From NCBI GenBank assembly GCA_037389025.1, contig JARRJP010000013.1, forward strand, positions 54,305 through 118,304: a stretch of DNA of 64,000 nucleotides, read 5' to 3'. The first letter of the stretch is position 1. Each line of letters opens with the position of its first letter. The stretch comes from Reinekea sp. (GTDB taxonomy: Bacteria > Pseudomonadota > Gammaproteobacteria > Pseudomonadales > Natronospirillaceae). Positions 9,566 through 19,553 of the stretch are shown here, piece after piece. The notes under the pieces are model-generated. The model did not search any database. It worked only from the letters and a program-made list of their open reading frames with translations, and was not told the DNA's origin. The position numbers were made by a program, and so were the translations under genes.

Positions 9566-10983
9566 CTGTTGTCCTTGCCCACCTCCAGTGGAAATCTGAT
9601 AACCAGTTTGACACCGCCAAGGTCACTGTGTTTCGCGTGGATGCCCCCCTCATGTGCGGCGACAATATTCTGCACAATGGCAAGGCCTAGCCCGGCACCA
9701 CCTGAATCTCGTGAACGGGATTCATCGACTCGATACAACCGCTCAAACAGCTTGTCGAGATCGTGATCACCGACGCCGGGTGCAGAGTCCTGCCAGACAA
9801 CGACGGCATGGTTTTTTTCTGTAGTGAGAGAAACCTGCAATCTGCCGGGTTTATTAATATCGCTGTCGGTATAGCGCAGAGTGTTTTGAATCAGGTTATT
9901 GAATAACTGATTCAATCGCGTGTCATCGCCACGAATCCAGATGGAATGACGCGGCAGATCCGCTGATATCTGGAAATGGCCGGTTTCCGATTGCCCGAAG
10001 TGCGCCAATACTGATTCCAGTAGTGCATTCAAATTTAATGGTTCAAAGCGATAATTCAATGTACCTGCATCGGATTGCGATAACTGATGTAAATCGTTTA
10101 CCAGACGAGATAGCCTCTCAACCTGATCATGCATATTTGCAAGCCACTGTTCATTGACTGCACGCACCCCATCCTGGACGGCTTCAATATCGGCCAGAAA
10201 AAGCGCAACTGGTGTCCTCAATTCATGCGCAATATCGCTGACCCATTGCTGCCGATCGTACTGATTTTTTGCCAGGATAGTCGCGAGACGGTTGAAATCT
10301 TTTGCCAGTCGACCAAGTTCATCCTGACGCTTTTCATTCACTGAAACGGACAGATTACCGCTGGCCATCTGGCGCACAGCGCTGGTTAGTTTTGTGATCG
10401 GACGAACCAGCCAGCCAGAAAAAGGAACTGCCAGTGCTGCGGCAATCAGAATGCCGAAAACGCCTATAATCACCAGCCCTCGCTGTTGTTCTTGTTGAAA
10501 TAACTGATCGAACTCCTGATTGGCGCGTGAAGATGGCTCGAAACCAAGATAGGCCACCGTCGTGCCATCGGTATTCTGGACAGGTAACCAGACTCGTTTT
10601 CTATCGTCTGCATTAGCATGCTGTCCCAACAGAACTCTGCCCGTTGAGGCGTCTTTAATATTCAGATTGTCGATGAAATTACGCGGCCCCCCAGGCGGGT
10701 GGTTGACGCCGTGCCTCATCATATCCCGAGGTGAAAAAGACTGTCGCAACATCTGAAGCCACTCAGGATTGTTCCAGCGTAGCCAATCCCAGTTCTGTGC
10801 AAGATCATACTGTCTGGCAATACTGGTGATTAATGGCTGTAGCCGCAGGGTTTCCTGCTGAATGATGTAATCGGAAAAACTGCGATTAAACTGCAACGCA
10901 TTCAACGCCATCATACCAATGACCATCAGTACGTTGGCTGCGATCATCAGTATCAGTAGTTTGGCTCGAATAGACTTGAACAA
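9562..10983 (-). CDS. Membrane sensor histidine kinase (HAMP-HisKA-HATPase), partner of 8888-9565
   Basis: Two TM segments, H-box HELRTPV, and G-boxes DSAPGV and GGAGLGLAIV. 4-nt overlap with the regulator gene. Confidence 0.9.
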   Translation of the reverse strand: MFKSIRAKLLILMIAANVLMVIGMMALNALQFNRSFSDYIIQQETLRLQPLITSIARQYDLAQNWDWLRWNNPEWLQMLRQSFSPRDMMRHGVNHPPGGPRNFIDNLNIKDASTGRVLLGQHANADDRKRVWLPVQNTDGTTVAYLGFEPSSRANQEFDQLFQQEQQRGLVIIGVFGILIAAALAVPFSGWLVRPITKLTSAVRQMASGNLSVSVNEKRQDELGRLAKDFNRLATILAKNQYDRQQWVSDIAHELRTPVALFLADIEAVQDGVRAVNEQWLANMHDQVERLSRLVNDLHQLSQSDAGTLNYRFEPLNLNALLESVLAHFGQSETGHFQISADLPRHSIWIRGDDTRLNQLFNNLIQNTLRYTDSDINKPGRLQVSLTTEKNHAVVVWQDSAPGVGDHDLDKLFERLYRVDESRSRDSGGAGLGLAIVQNIVAAHEGGIHAKHSDLGGVKLVIRFPLEVGKDNR

Positions 10984-11056
10984 GGATGCACCTCAATAGA
11001 CGTTAGTGCGATCAGTCTATCGAAACATTGTGCAAAGAAAATGGATGATTCAGGTT

Positions 11057-11216
11057 CCTGAATCCGTGACTCCAGAGTGGATGCAGGGTGTAAGAGCTTG
11101 ATTTCTATTTGTTTTTCAAAAATTGCAGGTGCACCCATAGGTTCATTAAAATTTTTGGGAAGCAAAGAGGAATCAATGGCTTGCGTACTGCGCCGCTATG
11201 GAGTCTCGGATTCAGG
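11057..11216 (+). repeat. Family-A MITE-like repeat, full copy
   Basis: TIRs are intact. The 7-mer TCAGGTT is present on both flanks. Confidence 0.9.
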
Positions 11217-11221
11217 TCAGG

Positions 11222-11665
11222 TTAAGATCCCATGGCCAGATTGGAAATATCGGTGAACTGAGCCATCAGTTGTTCCAAAGCCGTTGAGTTGATCAGTTGG
11301 TAAAGCCGATCTTCACATGTCAGCGTACCTTGGATATAGCCACCGGCCATATTGGTATCCATCTCATCGACATTAAAATATTGCACACCTTCAACCTTAT
11401 CGACGGCCAAGCCGACCCGGCTCTCGGGAAAATCCAGAACCAGCATAAAGCTGGGGTCTTCAACGTAGCCGGTCCCGTTCATTTTCAGTACGTCCATAAC
11501 TGCCAGGGTTTCACCTCGCAGGCTGATCAGCCCGATGACGCCTGTGGCATGGCTGGGAACAGGGTTTAATGGTTGCCAGGGAACAACTTCCTTAATCAGC
11601 GTGGCCGGAAATGCCAGAGGCTCACCATTGAGCTGCACCACTACCCACATTTCTGTCGTTGACAT
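11222..11665 (-). CDS. cheW: CheW-like chemotaxis coupling protein (orphan)
   Basis: 147 aa. The single-domain CheW pattern ...VVPWQPLNPVPSHATGVIGLISLRGETLAVMDV. Confidence 0.75.
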   Translation of the reverse strand: MSTTEMWVVVQLNGEPLAFPATLIKEVVPWQPLNPVPSHATGVIGLISLRGETLAVMDVLKMNGTGYVEDPSFMLVLDFPESRVGLAVDKVEGVQYFNVDEMDTNMAGGYIQGTLTCEDRLYQLINSTALEQLMAQFTDISNLAMGS

Positions 11666-11810
11666 GAGACTTTCTCCTGATTCGCTTGTTCAGCGTAGTC
11701 ATCATCAGGATATGACGCAAACTTGAGTCAATACCGGTTAATAATGGAACGCTGATTTGCTGCTAGACTAATCTGATAAACCCTACATCGGCTCTGGTAG
11801 TGAAAAATTA

Positions 11811-13064
11811 ATGTCTTATTTACAGCAACTGAATCTGGCGTTTGACAAGTTGGCCAAAGCCAAAAATGTGGATGATCTGGCAAAGCGGGCGGTGATTGCG
11901 CTGCGCGAGCAATTACATTTTGATCGGGCCGGGATTCTCTGGTATGACGCCGAAAATAGTACTCAGGTTGGTACCTGGGGCACAGATGAACAGGGTCGGC
12001 TGCGCGAAGAGCATGACCTGTGCCTGCCAGTGTCGGATGACTTGTTGATCAAGCCTGGTAAGGAGCGCTTCCGGTTCAAACAGAATCATGATTTTTACGG
12101 TGTGCTGGATAAACCCATACCTGAAGGCTGGGTTTTTCAGGCACCGATCAGTTCAGAACAGGAGCTGTACGGCTGGTTATTTGTTGATAACCTGATTCAC
12201 CTGAAACCACTGACTGACGCGCAGTCCGAGATTATTCAGGCATTCGCCAACGCATTGGGTCAGTTGATTGTGCGCTGCAAGATCGAAGACTCGCTCATTG
12301 AAGCTGTGGATTCTCTGGTCACCAATGAAAACATCACAACGAGTGCACTGGAGCGTGTTAATGAACTGGAAGCCCAGTTGGATGGCAGTCGTAAACTGGT
12401 GCAGTTGGCCGAGCGTTTATCGGGCTTGATTCCTGTCAGTGCTCGTGCGGTTGGCAATCTGTTGAATTTTGTAACTTTGTTGCAGCCGGAACAGTTTAAT
12501 GTGGCTGATCGGGCGTTACTGGCATCGGCAAAAAAATCGGCAGATCAGCTCTCGCGTATTTTTAAATTTGCAGATGCTAAAGTGCATGAAGCGACAGACA
12601 ATGACGTACAGACCATGCCAGCCTCGCTGGTCAGAGACTACTGGTACAACTACTTTCATTCGTTGTTTCGCGCCACCTCTCACACCTTGGAAGTGCGTAG
12701 TGAGGATCCAACCATCAGCGTATCAGTGCCACTGATTCTGCTGACTCAATTGGTGAAAGAGTTGGTTTTCAATGCCTTACAGCACGGCCTGGAGGGCATG
12801 CAGGGTGGTTATACCCGCGTCTCTCTGTCTATGTGCAATGGCACCTTGACTGTACATGTTGAGGACTCTGGATCGGGTCTTGATGAAGAGCAGTATATGG
12901 AAGTGCAGAAAATGTTCGTCACCTCCAAACCCAATGAGCAGCTCGGCACCGGACTCAATGTTACCCTGCACTATGTAGAGCGTTGGTTGAATGGACAATT
13001 GGAGTTGGGACCTTCCGAGCTTGGCGGATTGCGATGTACGCTAAAGATTCCGGTGAGTAAGTGA
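11811..13064 (+). CDS. GAF-domain protein with a C-terminal HATPase_c (histidine-kinase-like) domain and no obvious H-box
   Basis: N-terminal GAF-like region. C-terminal NALQHG...HVEDSGSGL...GTGLNV ATPase motifs. Confidence 0.65.
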   Translation: MSYLQQLNLAFDKLAKAKNVDDLAKRAVIALREQLHFDRAGILWYDAENSTQVGTWGTDEQGRLREEHDLCLPVSDDLLIKPGKERFRFKQNHDFYGVLDKPIPEGWVFQAPISSEQELYGWLFVDNLIHLKPLTDAQSEIIQAFANALGQLIVRCKIEDSLIEAVDSLVTNENITTSALERVNELEAQLDGSRKLVQLAERLSGLIPVSARAVGNLLNFVTLLQPEQFNVADRALLASAKKSADQLSRIFKFADAKVHEATDNDVQTMPASLVRDYWYNYFHSLFRATSHTLEVRSEDPTISVSVPLILLTQLVKELVFNALQHGLEGMQGGYTRVSLSMCNGTLTVHVEDSGSGLDEEQYMEVQKMFVTSKPNEQLGTGLNVTLHYVERWLNGQLELGPSELGGLRCTLKIPVSK

Positions 13065-13066
13065 CA

Positions 13067-13152
13067 CCTGAATCCGTGACTCCAGAGTGGATTCAGGAAA
13101 TAGAAACCAAGCTCTTACACCCTACATCCACTGAAGAAATCACGGATTCAGG
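13067..13152. repeat. Family-A repeat, 86-bp collapsed derivative
   Basis: CCTGAATCCGTGACTCCAGAGTGGAT joined to ...ATCCACTGAAGAAATCACGGATTCAGG. It can fold as a long hairpin directly after the stop codon at 13064. Confidence 0.8.
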
Positions 13153-13208
13153 TGGAATTCAGTTCTAACTAGTGTCAGGCTGTGTAAAAACAACAAAAGA
13201 GATTTATC

Positions 13209-15131
13209 GTGACAGTCCTGTTCAAACCAACAGCGGCTGACATTCAACACTGTCAGCTGAGTGACTTTGCTGCTTTCGTCAGTCAACAAACCGGTCAATC
13301 CTATGATAGCTATGCACAGTTGCATCAGTTCAGCATTGAAGAAAAAGAAACCTTCTGGCGTCTGATCTGGCAATTTGCCGGCGTGCGCGGAGAGCTGAAC
13401 GGCAGAGTGCTCAATCAGAGTACCATGCCGGGCACACAGTGGTTTCCTGACAGTCGGCTCAATTTCGCTGACAACCTGCTTGCTGTTGGTCAAGCCCAGA
13501 AAACCGCACTGATTGCCGTCAGTGAAAATAGACAGGAGCAGACCATCAGTTATGCCGAGTTGCGCCATCAGGTCATGCAGCTTGCAGCCTATCTTGCTAA
13601 CGATTGTGGCGTTGAACCGGGTGACCGGGTCTGTGCCTATCTCGGTAATACTGCGGAAGCGATCATTGCAATGCTGGCGACGACCTACCTTGGGGCGGTC
13701 TGGTCATCAGCTTCACCGGACTTTGGTCTGGAAGGGGTTCTTGATCGCTTCAGTCAGATCGAACCCAAGGTCCTTATTGCCGGTAACGGTTATCAGTATG
13801 GTGGCAAGAGCTATCATCGGCATCAGCTGGTTCGACAGCTTGTCAGCGCGCTGCCATCCGCTGTACAGCTGATTTCAGTCCGGGTTCTTCCAGACGAACC
13901 AGAAATCAACGGCAGTGAATCCTTTGCAGCCATTATTCAGGGGCACCGACCTGAACCTGAACGGCATCTGTTCGACTTCAACCATCCGCTTTATATCCTG
14001 TTCTCATCCGGCACCACCGGTAAACCCAAATGTATTGTGCATGGGGCCGGTGGCACGCTGTTGCAGCACATTAAAGAATTACGTCTGCATGGTGATATCA
14101 GTGATCAGTCGGTCTTGTTCTACTTCACTACCACAGGTTGGATGATGTGGAACTGGCTTGCCTCCGGTTTGGTAACTGGTGCAACACTAGTGCTGTATGA
14201 CGGTAATCCCATGCACCCGCAACCAGATCGCCTTTGGACGTTGGTCGGCAAATGGTCCTGTACTCATTTCGGTACCAGTGCCAAATACCTGGCAAGCTGT
14301 CACAAGATGGCGCTGAAACCCGAGACTTCTGACCTCGATGCGCTGCGTGTTATTTTTTCCACGGGTTCACCATTGGCACCAGATGATTTCGACTGGGTCT
14401 ATCAGCAGGTCAAAGATTCAGTCATGTTGCATTCTATTTCTGGCGGCACTGATATTGTTTCCTGTTTTGTTGGCGGCAATCCGTGGTTGCCTGTGGTACG
14501 TGGTAAAATTCAGGCCGCTAATCTCGGTATGGCAGTTGAATCCTGGAATGAACAGGGTCAGCCGGTCATTAATGAACGCGGTGAATTGGTTTGCACCCAG
14601 CCAGCCCCCTGCATGCCGATAAAATTCTGGAACGATGAAACCGGTGAACGTTATCGGGCGGCCTACTTTGAGCGGTTTCCTGGTGTTTGGGCTCATGGTG
14701 ATTTCTGCTCCATCGATGAGCAAGGGCAGGTTGTGATTCTTGGCCGAAGTGACACGACACTCAATCCTGGTGGCGTTCGCATCGGCACTGCGGAAATATA
14801 TCGTCAAGTGGAAATGTTATCGCCGATTCAAGATTCACTGGTGGTGGGCAAACCAGTGGCGGGTGATATTGAAGTAATGCTCTTTGTCGTATTGGCTGGT
14901 GGCGAGTCATTGACTCAAGAACTACAACAACAGATCAAAACCACCATTCGTCAAAACACCACACCACGCCATGTGCCGAGGCACATTATTCAGGTACAGG
15001 CCATTCCATATACCCGTTCAGGAAAAAAAGTGGAGCTGGCGGTGATGCAGATCCTGCGAGGTGAAGAGCCAAAAAATCTCACCGCACTGGCCAATGCGGA
15101 CTGCTTGGATGAATATCGAGCGTTTAGATAA
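13209..15131 (+). CDS. Acetoacetyl-CoA synthetase (acetoacetate-CoA ligase)
   Basis: 640-aa adenylate-forming enzyme with ILFSSGTTGKPKCIVH. The N-terminal FWRLIWQFAGV region is typical of acetoacetyl-CoA synthetases. GTG start. Confidence 0.85.
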   Translation: MTVLFKPTAADIQHCQLSDFAAFVSQQTGQSYDSYAQLHQFSIEEKETFWRLIWQFAGVRGELNGRVLNQSTMPGTQWFPDSRLNFADNLLAVGQAQKTALIAVSENRQEQTISYAELRHQVMQLAAYLANDCGVEPGDRVCAYLGNTAEAIIAMLATTYLGAVWSSASPDFGLEGVLDRFSQIEPKVLIAGNGYQYGGKSYHRHQLVRQLVSALPSAVQLISVRVLPDEPEINGSESFAAIIQGHRPEPERHLFDFNHPLYILFSSGTTGKPKCIVHGAGGTLLQHIKELRLHGDISDQSVLFYFTTTGWMMWNWLASGLVTGATLVLYDGNPMHPQPDRLWTLVGKWSCTHFGTSAKYLASCHKMALKPETSDLDALRVIFSTGSPLAPDDFDWVYQQVKDSVMLHSISGGTDIVSCFVGGNPWLPVVRGKIQAANLGMAVESWNEQGQPVINERGELVCTQPAPCMPIKFWNDETGERYRAAYFERFPGVWAHGDFCSIDEQGQVVILGRSDTTLNPGGVRIGTAEIYRQVEMLSPIQDSLVVGKPVAGDIEVMLFVVLAGGESLTQELQQQIKTTIRQNTTPRHVPRHIIQVQAIPYTRSGKKVELAVMQILRGEEPKNLTALANADCLDEYRAFR

Positions 15132-15285
15132 AACGGATTCAGGTGAAAATGAACTCCCAAAGCTGAATAACCCCTATTGTCATTGCACATGGGCAGGTTC
15201 ATATTCAAAGATCTTACTATTTCTCTCCGTTGCACTCAGTAAATCATCTATACTAGTCATAAAGATCACAATGGGCGGTCGTTCT

Positions 15286-15837
15286 ATGAAAGGAATTGTG
15301 TTCATTGAGTTTAAACAGATGGTTGATGCTGTTTATGGTGAAGCGATGATGGATTATTTAATAGAAGCAGTTAATCCAGCTTCCGGTGGTAGCTATACCA
15401 GTGTTGGCACCTATCATCATACCGAGCTGACGATGATGATAGCTAAATTGAGTGAGCGCACACAAAAGCCAACAGCAGAGTTGACTCGTGCTTTCGGGCA
15501 CTATCTGGCACGGACATTTGTCGTTAAGTTTCCAGATTTTTTTAAGCAGGCACGGAATACGTTAGAATTTTTAAAGCGTATTGATAATCACATTCATGTT
15601 GAAGTGGCCAAGCTGTATCCAGATGCCGAATTGCCCGAATTCAGCTTTGATGATACCGATCCAGATGTTTTTATTCTTAATTATGCTTCAACAAGAAATT
15701 TGGCCGATTTAGCCCATGGTCTGATAAACGAAACGATTCTCTATTATGGAGAATCATATCAAGTTGAGCGTGAAAATCTGACAGAAGATAACACTATGCA
15801 ACGCACACGTTTTAAACTGGTCCAACGTAAACCATGA
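15286..15837 (+). CDS. hnoX: H-NOX (heme nitric oxide/oxygen binding) sensor protein
   Basis: MKGIVFIEFKQMV start, proximal His region NHIHVEVAKLYPDAELP and Y-x-S-x-R motif YASTR. I prefer ATG 15286 over the ORF-track start at 15061. Confidence 0.85.
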   Translation: MKGIVFIEFKQMVDAVYGEAMMDYLIEAVNPASGGSYTSVGTYHHTELTMMIAKLSERTQKPTAELTRAFGHYLARTFVVKFPDFFKQARNTLEFLKRIDNHIHVEVAKLYPDAELPEFSFDDTDPDVFILNYASTRNLADLAHGLINETILYYGESYQVERENLTEDNTMQRTRFKLVQRKP

Positions 15838-17777
15838 CTGAAGTCGAGCGACTGCGCCGCCGTTACGAGCGGGAAAAAATAGCGCGTGAAGAAGCCGAGC
15901 AAATTCTGGAAGCCAAAAGCCGGGAATTATTCGAGCGTAACAATGAGCTTAAAAACTTCAGCGAATCGTTGGAAAAGCTGGTAGAAGGAAGAACAGAAGA
16001 ATTGTTGAAAGCTCGCGATGCTGCTTTGGCAGCGACACGGGCCAAATCGCTGTTTATCGCCAACATGAGTCATGAAATTCGGACACCGCTGAATGGTGTG
16101 CTTGGCATGTTGAATATTCTTGCCAATGCTCAGCTTTCCGAACGTGAACAGCGCACGCTGAAAATTGCCCAGCAATCTGGCCGACACCTTTTGGGAATTG
16201 TGAACGATATTCTCGACTTCAGCAAAATTGATGCTGGAGAAATGACACTGCATCTTGAAGCTGTCAATCTAGTCGATCTGGTGCAACAGACTCTGGAACC
16301 CATGCGTTTTCAGGCTGAAGAAAAGAATACTGAGCTTGTTGCCGAGTATGCCAGTGATTTTCCGGATTTTATCCATATCGATTCCATTCGAACCAGGCAG
16401 ATTATCACCAACCTTGTTTCCAATGCGATTAAGTTTACCAACGTCGGCAAGGTGACTTTTTCGCTGGATTGGAAAGACGGCATGCTGATAATGTCGGTTT
16501 GTGACACAGGCATCGGAATGACACAAACCCAGCTAAAGCGAATTTTTGACGCCTTTGGCCAGGCAGATGATTCCATCACCCGACAATTTGGAGGAACCGG
16601 GCTTGGGCTGACCATAACCGCTCGTCTGACGACCTTGATGGGCGGTACCATCCATGTTGAAAGTACCAAAGACATGGGATCCGAGTTTATTGTCTGTTTG
16701 CCACTGCGCACTGCAAAACAGGCTATACCGATTATCGACTCCGACATCAATGAAGACACCCGTTTTAAAGCGCAGACAGTTCTGCTGGTTGAAGATAACG
16801 ACATTAACATTCATGTCGCAAAAAATGTTCTGGAACAGGCCAACCTTCAGTGTGATATCTGTAGAAATGGCGTTGAGGCCATCGCCGCAATTAAAGCTGA
16901 ATCCTATGCCTTGGTGTTCATGGATGTTCAAATGCCGGTTATGGACGGGTTAACAGCGACGCGAACGATTCGCCGATTGGGTTACAGTAAGGAAAAGCTG
17001 CCGATCATTGCCATGACAGCGCATGCAACCATGGATCATTATCAGGAATCGATGAATGCCGGTATGAATGGTCACGTGATCAAACCACTGGAGGTATCCA
17101 GCCTCATTCAGGAAATTGCCAAGTATTTGCCCGTAGACCGTTCCCCCGTATACCAGCCTGAGCAGAGCAAAACACAAAAAAGAATATATAAATACATTGA
17201 TGTCGCTGATGCCTTGTCACGGGTTGGTGGTAATGCCCGTTTACTCGCCCGCATCTGTAATACGTTCTATACAGTGAATAAAAACAGCGCCGACGCATTA
17301 CGCAGTCTAACCAGCAATAAGCAATGGCACGAAGCTGCCGTTCTTGTCCATACTATCAAGGGTTCGGCAGCCAATATCAGCGCTATGTTAATGTATGAAT
17401 CTGCCAGCAGGCTTGAAGAAACTATCCACCAGCAGCACTATGATGAATGCCCCGAGCTCATTGAACAGCTTATGACAGCCTGGTCTCTTACCGCACCTGA
17501 GGCTAAGGAAATTGCTGAGTCAGCTCGACCAAAACCAGCCAGTCGGGTGCCGGTTTCTGTGACGCTTTTTCTTAAAAAAATACGCTTGATCCACTCCTTA
17601 CTGAAGAGCGATATTTCAACTGCTGAAACAGAAATTGAAAAACTCAGTGATCAGGGTGTTCCCGAATCTGTTCAACAGCCATTTTCGGAATTTAAAAATG
17701 CAATAGACATATTCGATATCAAGCTCGCGGAGTACCTGGCGCACCAAATGATCAAGGAGATAGACTATGGCGGATAA
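15834..17777 (+). CDS. hnoK: H-NOX-associated hybrid histidine kinase (HisKA-HATPase-REC-HPt, cytoplasmic)
   Basis: H-box SHEIRTPLNG, G-box GGTGLGLTI, REC (VLLVEDNDIN...FMDVQMPVMDG) and HPt (HTIKGSAANI). 4-nt overlap with the H-NOX gene. Confidence 0.85.
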   Translation: MTEVERLRRRYEREKIAREEAEQILEAKSRELFERNNELKNFSESLEKLVEGRTEELLKARDAALAATRAKSLFIANMSHEIRTPLNGVLGMLNILANAQLSEREQRTLKIAQQSGRHLLGIVNDILDFSKIDAGEMTLHLEAVNLVDLVQQTLEPMRFQAEEKNTELVAEYASDFPDFIHIDSIRTRQIITNLVSNAIKFTNVGKVTFSLDWKDGMLIMSVCDTGIGMTQTQLKRIFDAFGQADDSITRQFGGTGLGLTITARLTTLMGGTIHVESTKDMGSEFIVCLPLRTAKQAIPIIDSDINEDTRFKAQTVLLVEDNDINIHVAKNVLEQANLQCDICRNGVEAIAAIKAESYALVFMDVQMPVMDGLTATRTIRRLGYSKEKLPIIAMTAHATMDHYQESMNAGMNGHVIKPLEVSSLIQEIAKYLPVDRSPVYQPEQSKTQKRIYKYIDVADALSRVGGNARLLARICNTFYTVNKNSADALRSLTSNKQWHEAAVLVHTIKGSAANISAMLMYESASRLEETIHQQHYDECPELIEQLMTAWSLTAPEAKEIAESARPKPASRVPVSVTLFLKKIRLIHSLLKSDISTAETEIEKLSDQGVPESVQQPFSEFKNAIDIFDIKLAEYLAHQMIKEIDYGG

Positions 17778-18912
17778 AAAGCGGATCTTGGTCGTTGACG
17801 ATTCACCGATCGAAATACGTGTACTGATAGAAATATTGAAAGATCAATATACAGTCGTTGCTGCTACCAGCGGCGACATGGCGCTGGAGATCATGCATGA
17901 ACAGAAACCTGATCTGGTGCTAATGGATATTTCAATGTCACCACTGGATGGTTATCAGACCTGTAAAATTATCAAGCAGACCGTAGACGACATACCGGTT
18001 ATTTTTGTTTCATCCAACTCCGATACCGGAGCGATACTCAAAGGATTTGAAGCCGGCGGACACGACTATATTGCCAAGCCGATTGAACTGAACATATTAA
18101 AGGAAAAAGTTCGTGTTACATTGGAACAGCTAGAAAAGCGCAACCAGCTTGTTCATGAGAAAGACGAAGTCTCTGAGCTGGTCATGGCCGCCATTACCAA
18201 CGTCAGTGATCTTGGTATTGTGCTGAATTTCCTACGCTATGGCACTCGCAAGCGTACGGCACAGGAACTGGCTGAATTGATGCTGGCATCATGCAAAGAA
18301 TACGAACTGAATGCTTCTGTTCTGGTTCTGGGTCATGATCAGGAACCCAATATCGCCAGTTGTGAGGTCGATATTCTTCCACTGGAAAAAGAAGTTCTGA
18401 TTCGGGCATTAAGCTTTAATGAGCGGTTGATGGAAAATGGCAATCGGCTGATTATTCATTTCGATACTGTCTCATTACTGATTAAAAATCTGCCGGAAAG
18501 TGAAAGTCGGCGTGGAGAGCTACGTGACTATCTGGTCATCCTGTGCGAGAACGCGCATGAACTGAATTGGAAAATTGTGCGCGATATGCATATCGGACAG
18601 CAACGGGCTGAAATGCTTTTGAGTGTTGTCGACGAATCCAAGGGTGTCCTTCATGACATAGCGGCATTTCAACATCACTATAAAGCCAGATGCCTTGGCA
18701 TGTTGGATGAACTGATACAGGAAATCCATACGCAGATGCCTGCCCTCAACATGACATCGGAACAGGAGGACAGGATCCGGGAAATTATTCATTCGAAATT
18801 GACGGGTTCAATAGAACGATTTGATAAAGAGTTTGAAGTGGACAAAAAAATGAAAAATCATATTGAAAGACTGGATAGCCTGACCACACAGATTATTAAC
18901 CTGAATCCGTGA
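17767..18912 (+). CDS. Response regulator: REC domain plus an uncharacterised C-terminal domain of about 250 aa
   Basis: REC: ILVVDDSPIE...LVLMDISMSPLDG...K. I do not recognise the C-terminal two-thirds. The stop codon lies inside a family-A repeat. Confidence 0.75.
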   Translation: MADKKRILVVDDSPIEIRVLIEILKDQYTVVAATSGDMALEIMHEQKPDLVLMDISMSPLDGYQTCKIIKQTVDDIPVIFVSSNSDTGAILKGFEAGGHDYIAKPIELNILKEKVRVTLEQLEKRNQLVHEKDEVSELVMAAITNVSDLGIVLNFLRYGTRKRTAQELAELMLASCKEYELNASVLVLGHDQEPNIASCEVDILPLEKEVLIRALSFNERLMENGNRLIIHFDTVSLLIKNLPESESRRGELRDYLVILCENAHELNWKIVRDMHIGQQRAEMLLSVVDESKGVLHDIAAFQHHYKARCLGMLDELIQEIHTQMPALNMTSEQEDRIREIIHSKLTGSIERFDKEFEVDKKMKNHIERLDSLTTQIINLNP

Positions 18913-18997
18913 CTCCATAGCGGCACAGTGCGCAAGCCATTGATTCCTCTTTGCTTCCCAAAAATTTCAATGAACCTATGGGTGCACCTGCAATTTT
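18900..18997 (-). repeat. Family-A repeat, truncated (left half only)
   Basis: Matches the first ~98 bp of the 8735/45107-type copies and then diverges. It contains the stop codons of both convergent neighbours. Confidence 0.85.
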
Positions 18998-19356
18998 CCT
19001 GGTCGGCCGCGTTGATATACCCCAGTAATGGTCATTAACGCTTTGACACAGAGCGTATCGTCATTACGGAAAATATTCTGCTCAAAGACTAGCCGAACTC
19101 GATCCTTCATTTTGGCCGTCAGCGTGATGTAAAAATGGTCGCCACTGGTGAGTGGGTGCTTGTAGTCCAGTTCGGCTCGTGTGACCACTAGATTTAAGCC
19201 TTGATCGGTCAGTTCGGCGAAATCACCGCCGCGACTGAGCAAGTATTCGTGCCGGGTATGTTCCAGATAATTCTGATAGACCGCATTATTAACGATACCC
19301 TGCATGTCGCATTCATAGTCACGTACTTTAAAATCGAGCCGAAATATTTTAGACAT
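18976..19356 (-). CDS. YbgC/4HBT-family acyl-CoA thioesterase
   Basis: 126 aa. Hotdog-fold motif VRDYECDMQGIVNNAVYQNYLEHTRHEYL. The last 6 codons (KLQVHP) are encoded by repeat sequence. Confidence 0.8.
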   Translation of the reverse strand: MSKIFRLDFKVRDYECDMQGIVNNAVYQNYLEHTRHEYLLSRGGDFAELTDQGLNLVVTRAELDYKHPLTSGDHFYITLTAKMKDRVRLVFEQNIFRNDDTLCVKALMTITGVYQRGRPGKLQVHP

Positions 19357-19393
19357 AAATTCCTGTTCCTGTAGCGGATAGTGTTGACACTAC

Positions 19394-19553
19394 CCTGAAT
19401 CCGTGATTCCAGAGTGAAGTCGGGGAGTAAGAGCTTGATTTCTATTTGTTCTTCAAAAGTTGCAGGAGCACCCGTAGGTTCACCGTAATTTTTGGGAAGC
19501 AAAGAGGAATCAATGGCTTGCGCACTGCACCGCTATGAAGTCACAGATTCAGG
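19394..19553 (+). repeat. Family-A MITE-like repeat, full copy (left edge of the AT-rich island)
   Basis: TIRs CCTGAATCCGTGATTCC...GAAGTCACAGATTCAGG. Flanks differ (ACTAC vs TTACA), so no clean target duplication. Confidence 0.9.

Noticed and set aside
15061-15285. Upstream extension of the H-NOX ORF (starts at 15061, overlapping the acetoacetyl-CoA synthetase 3' end)
   Set aside because: H-NOX domains begin at MKG(I/M)(V/I)F. The extension overlaps the preceding gene and a solo repeat TIR and has no homology signal.
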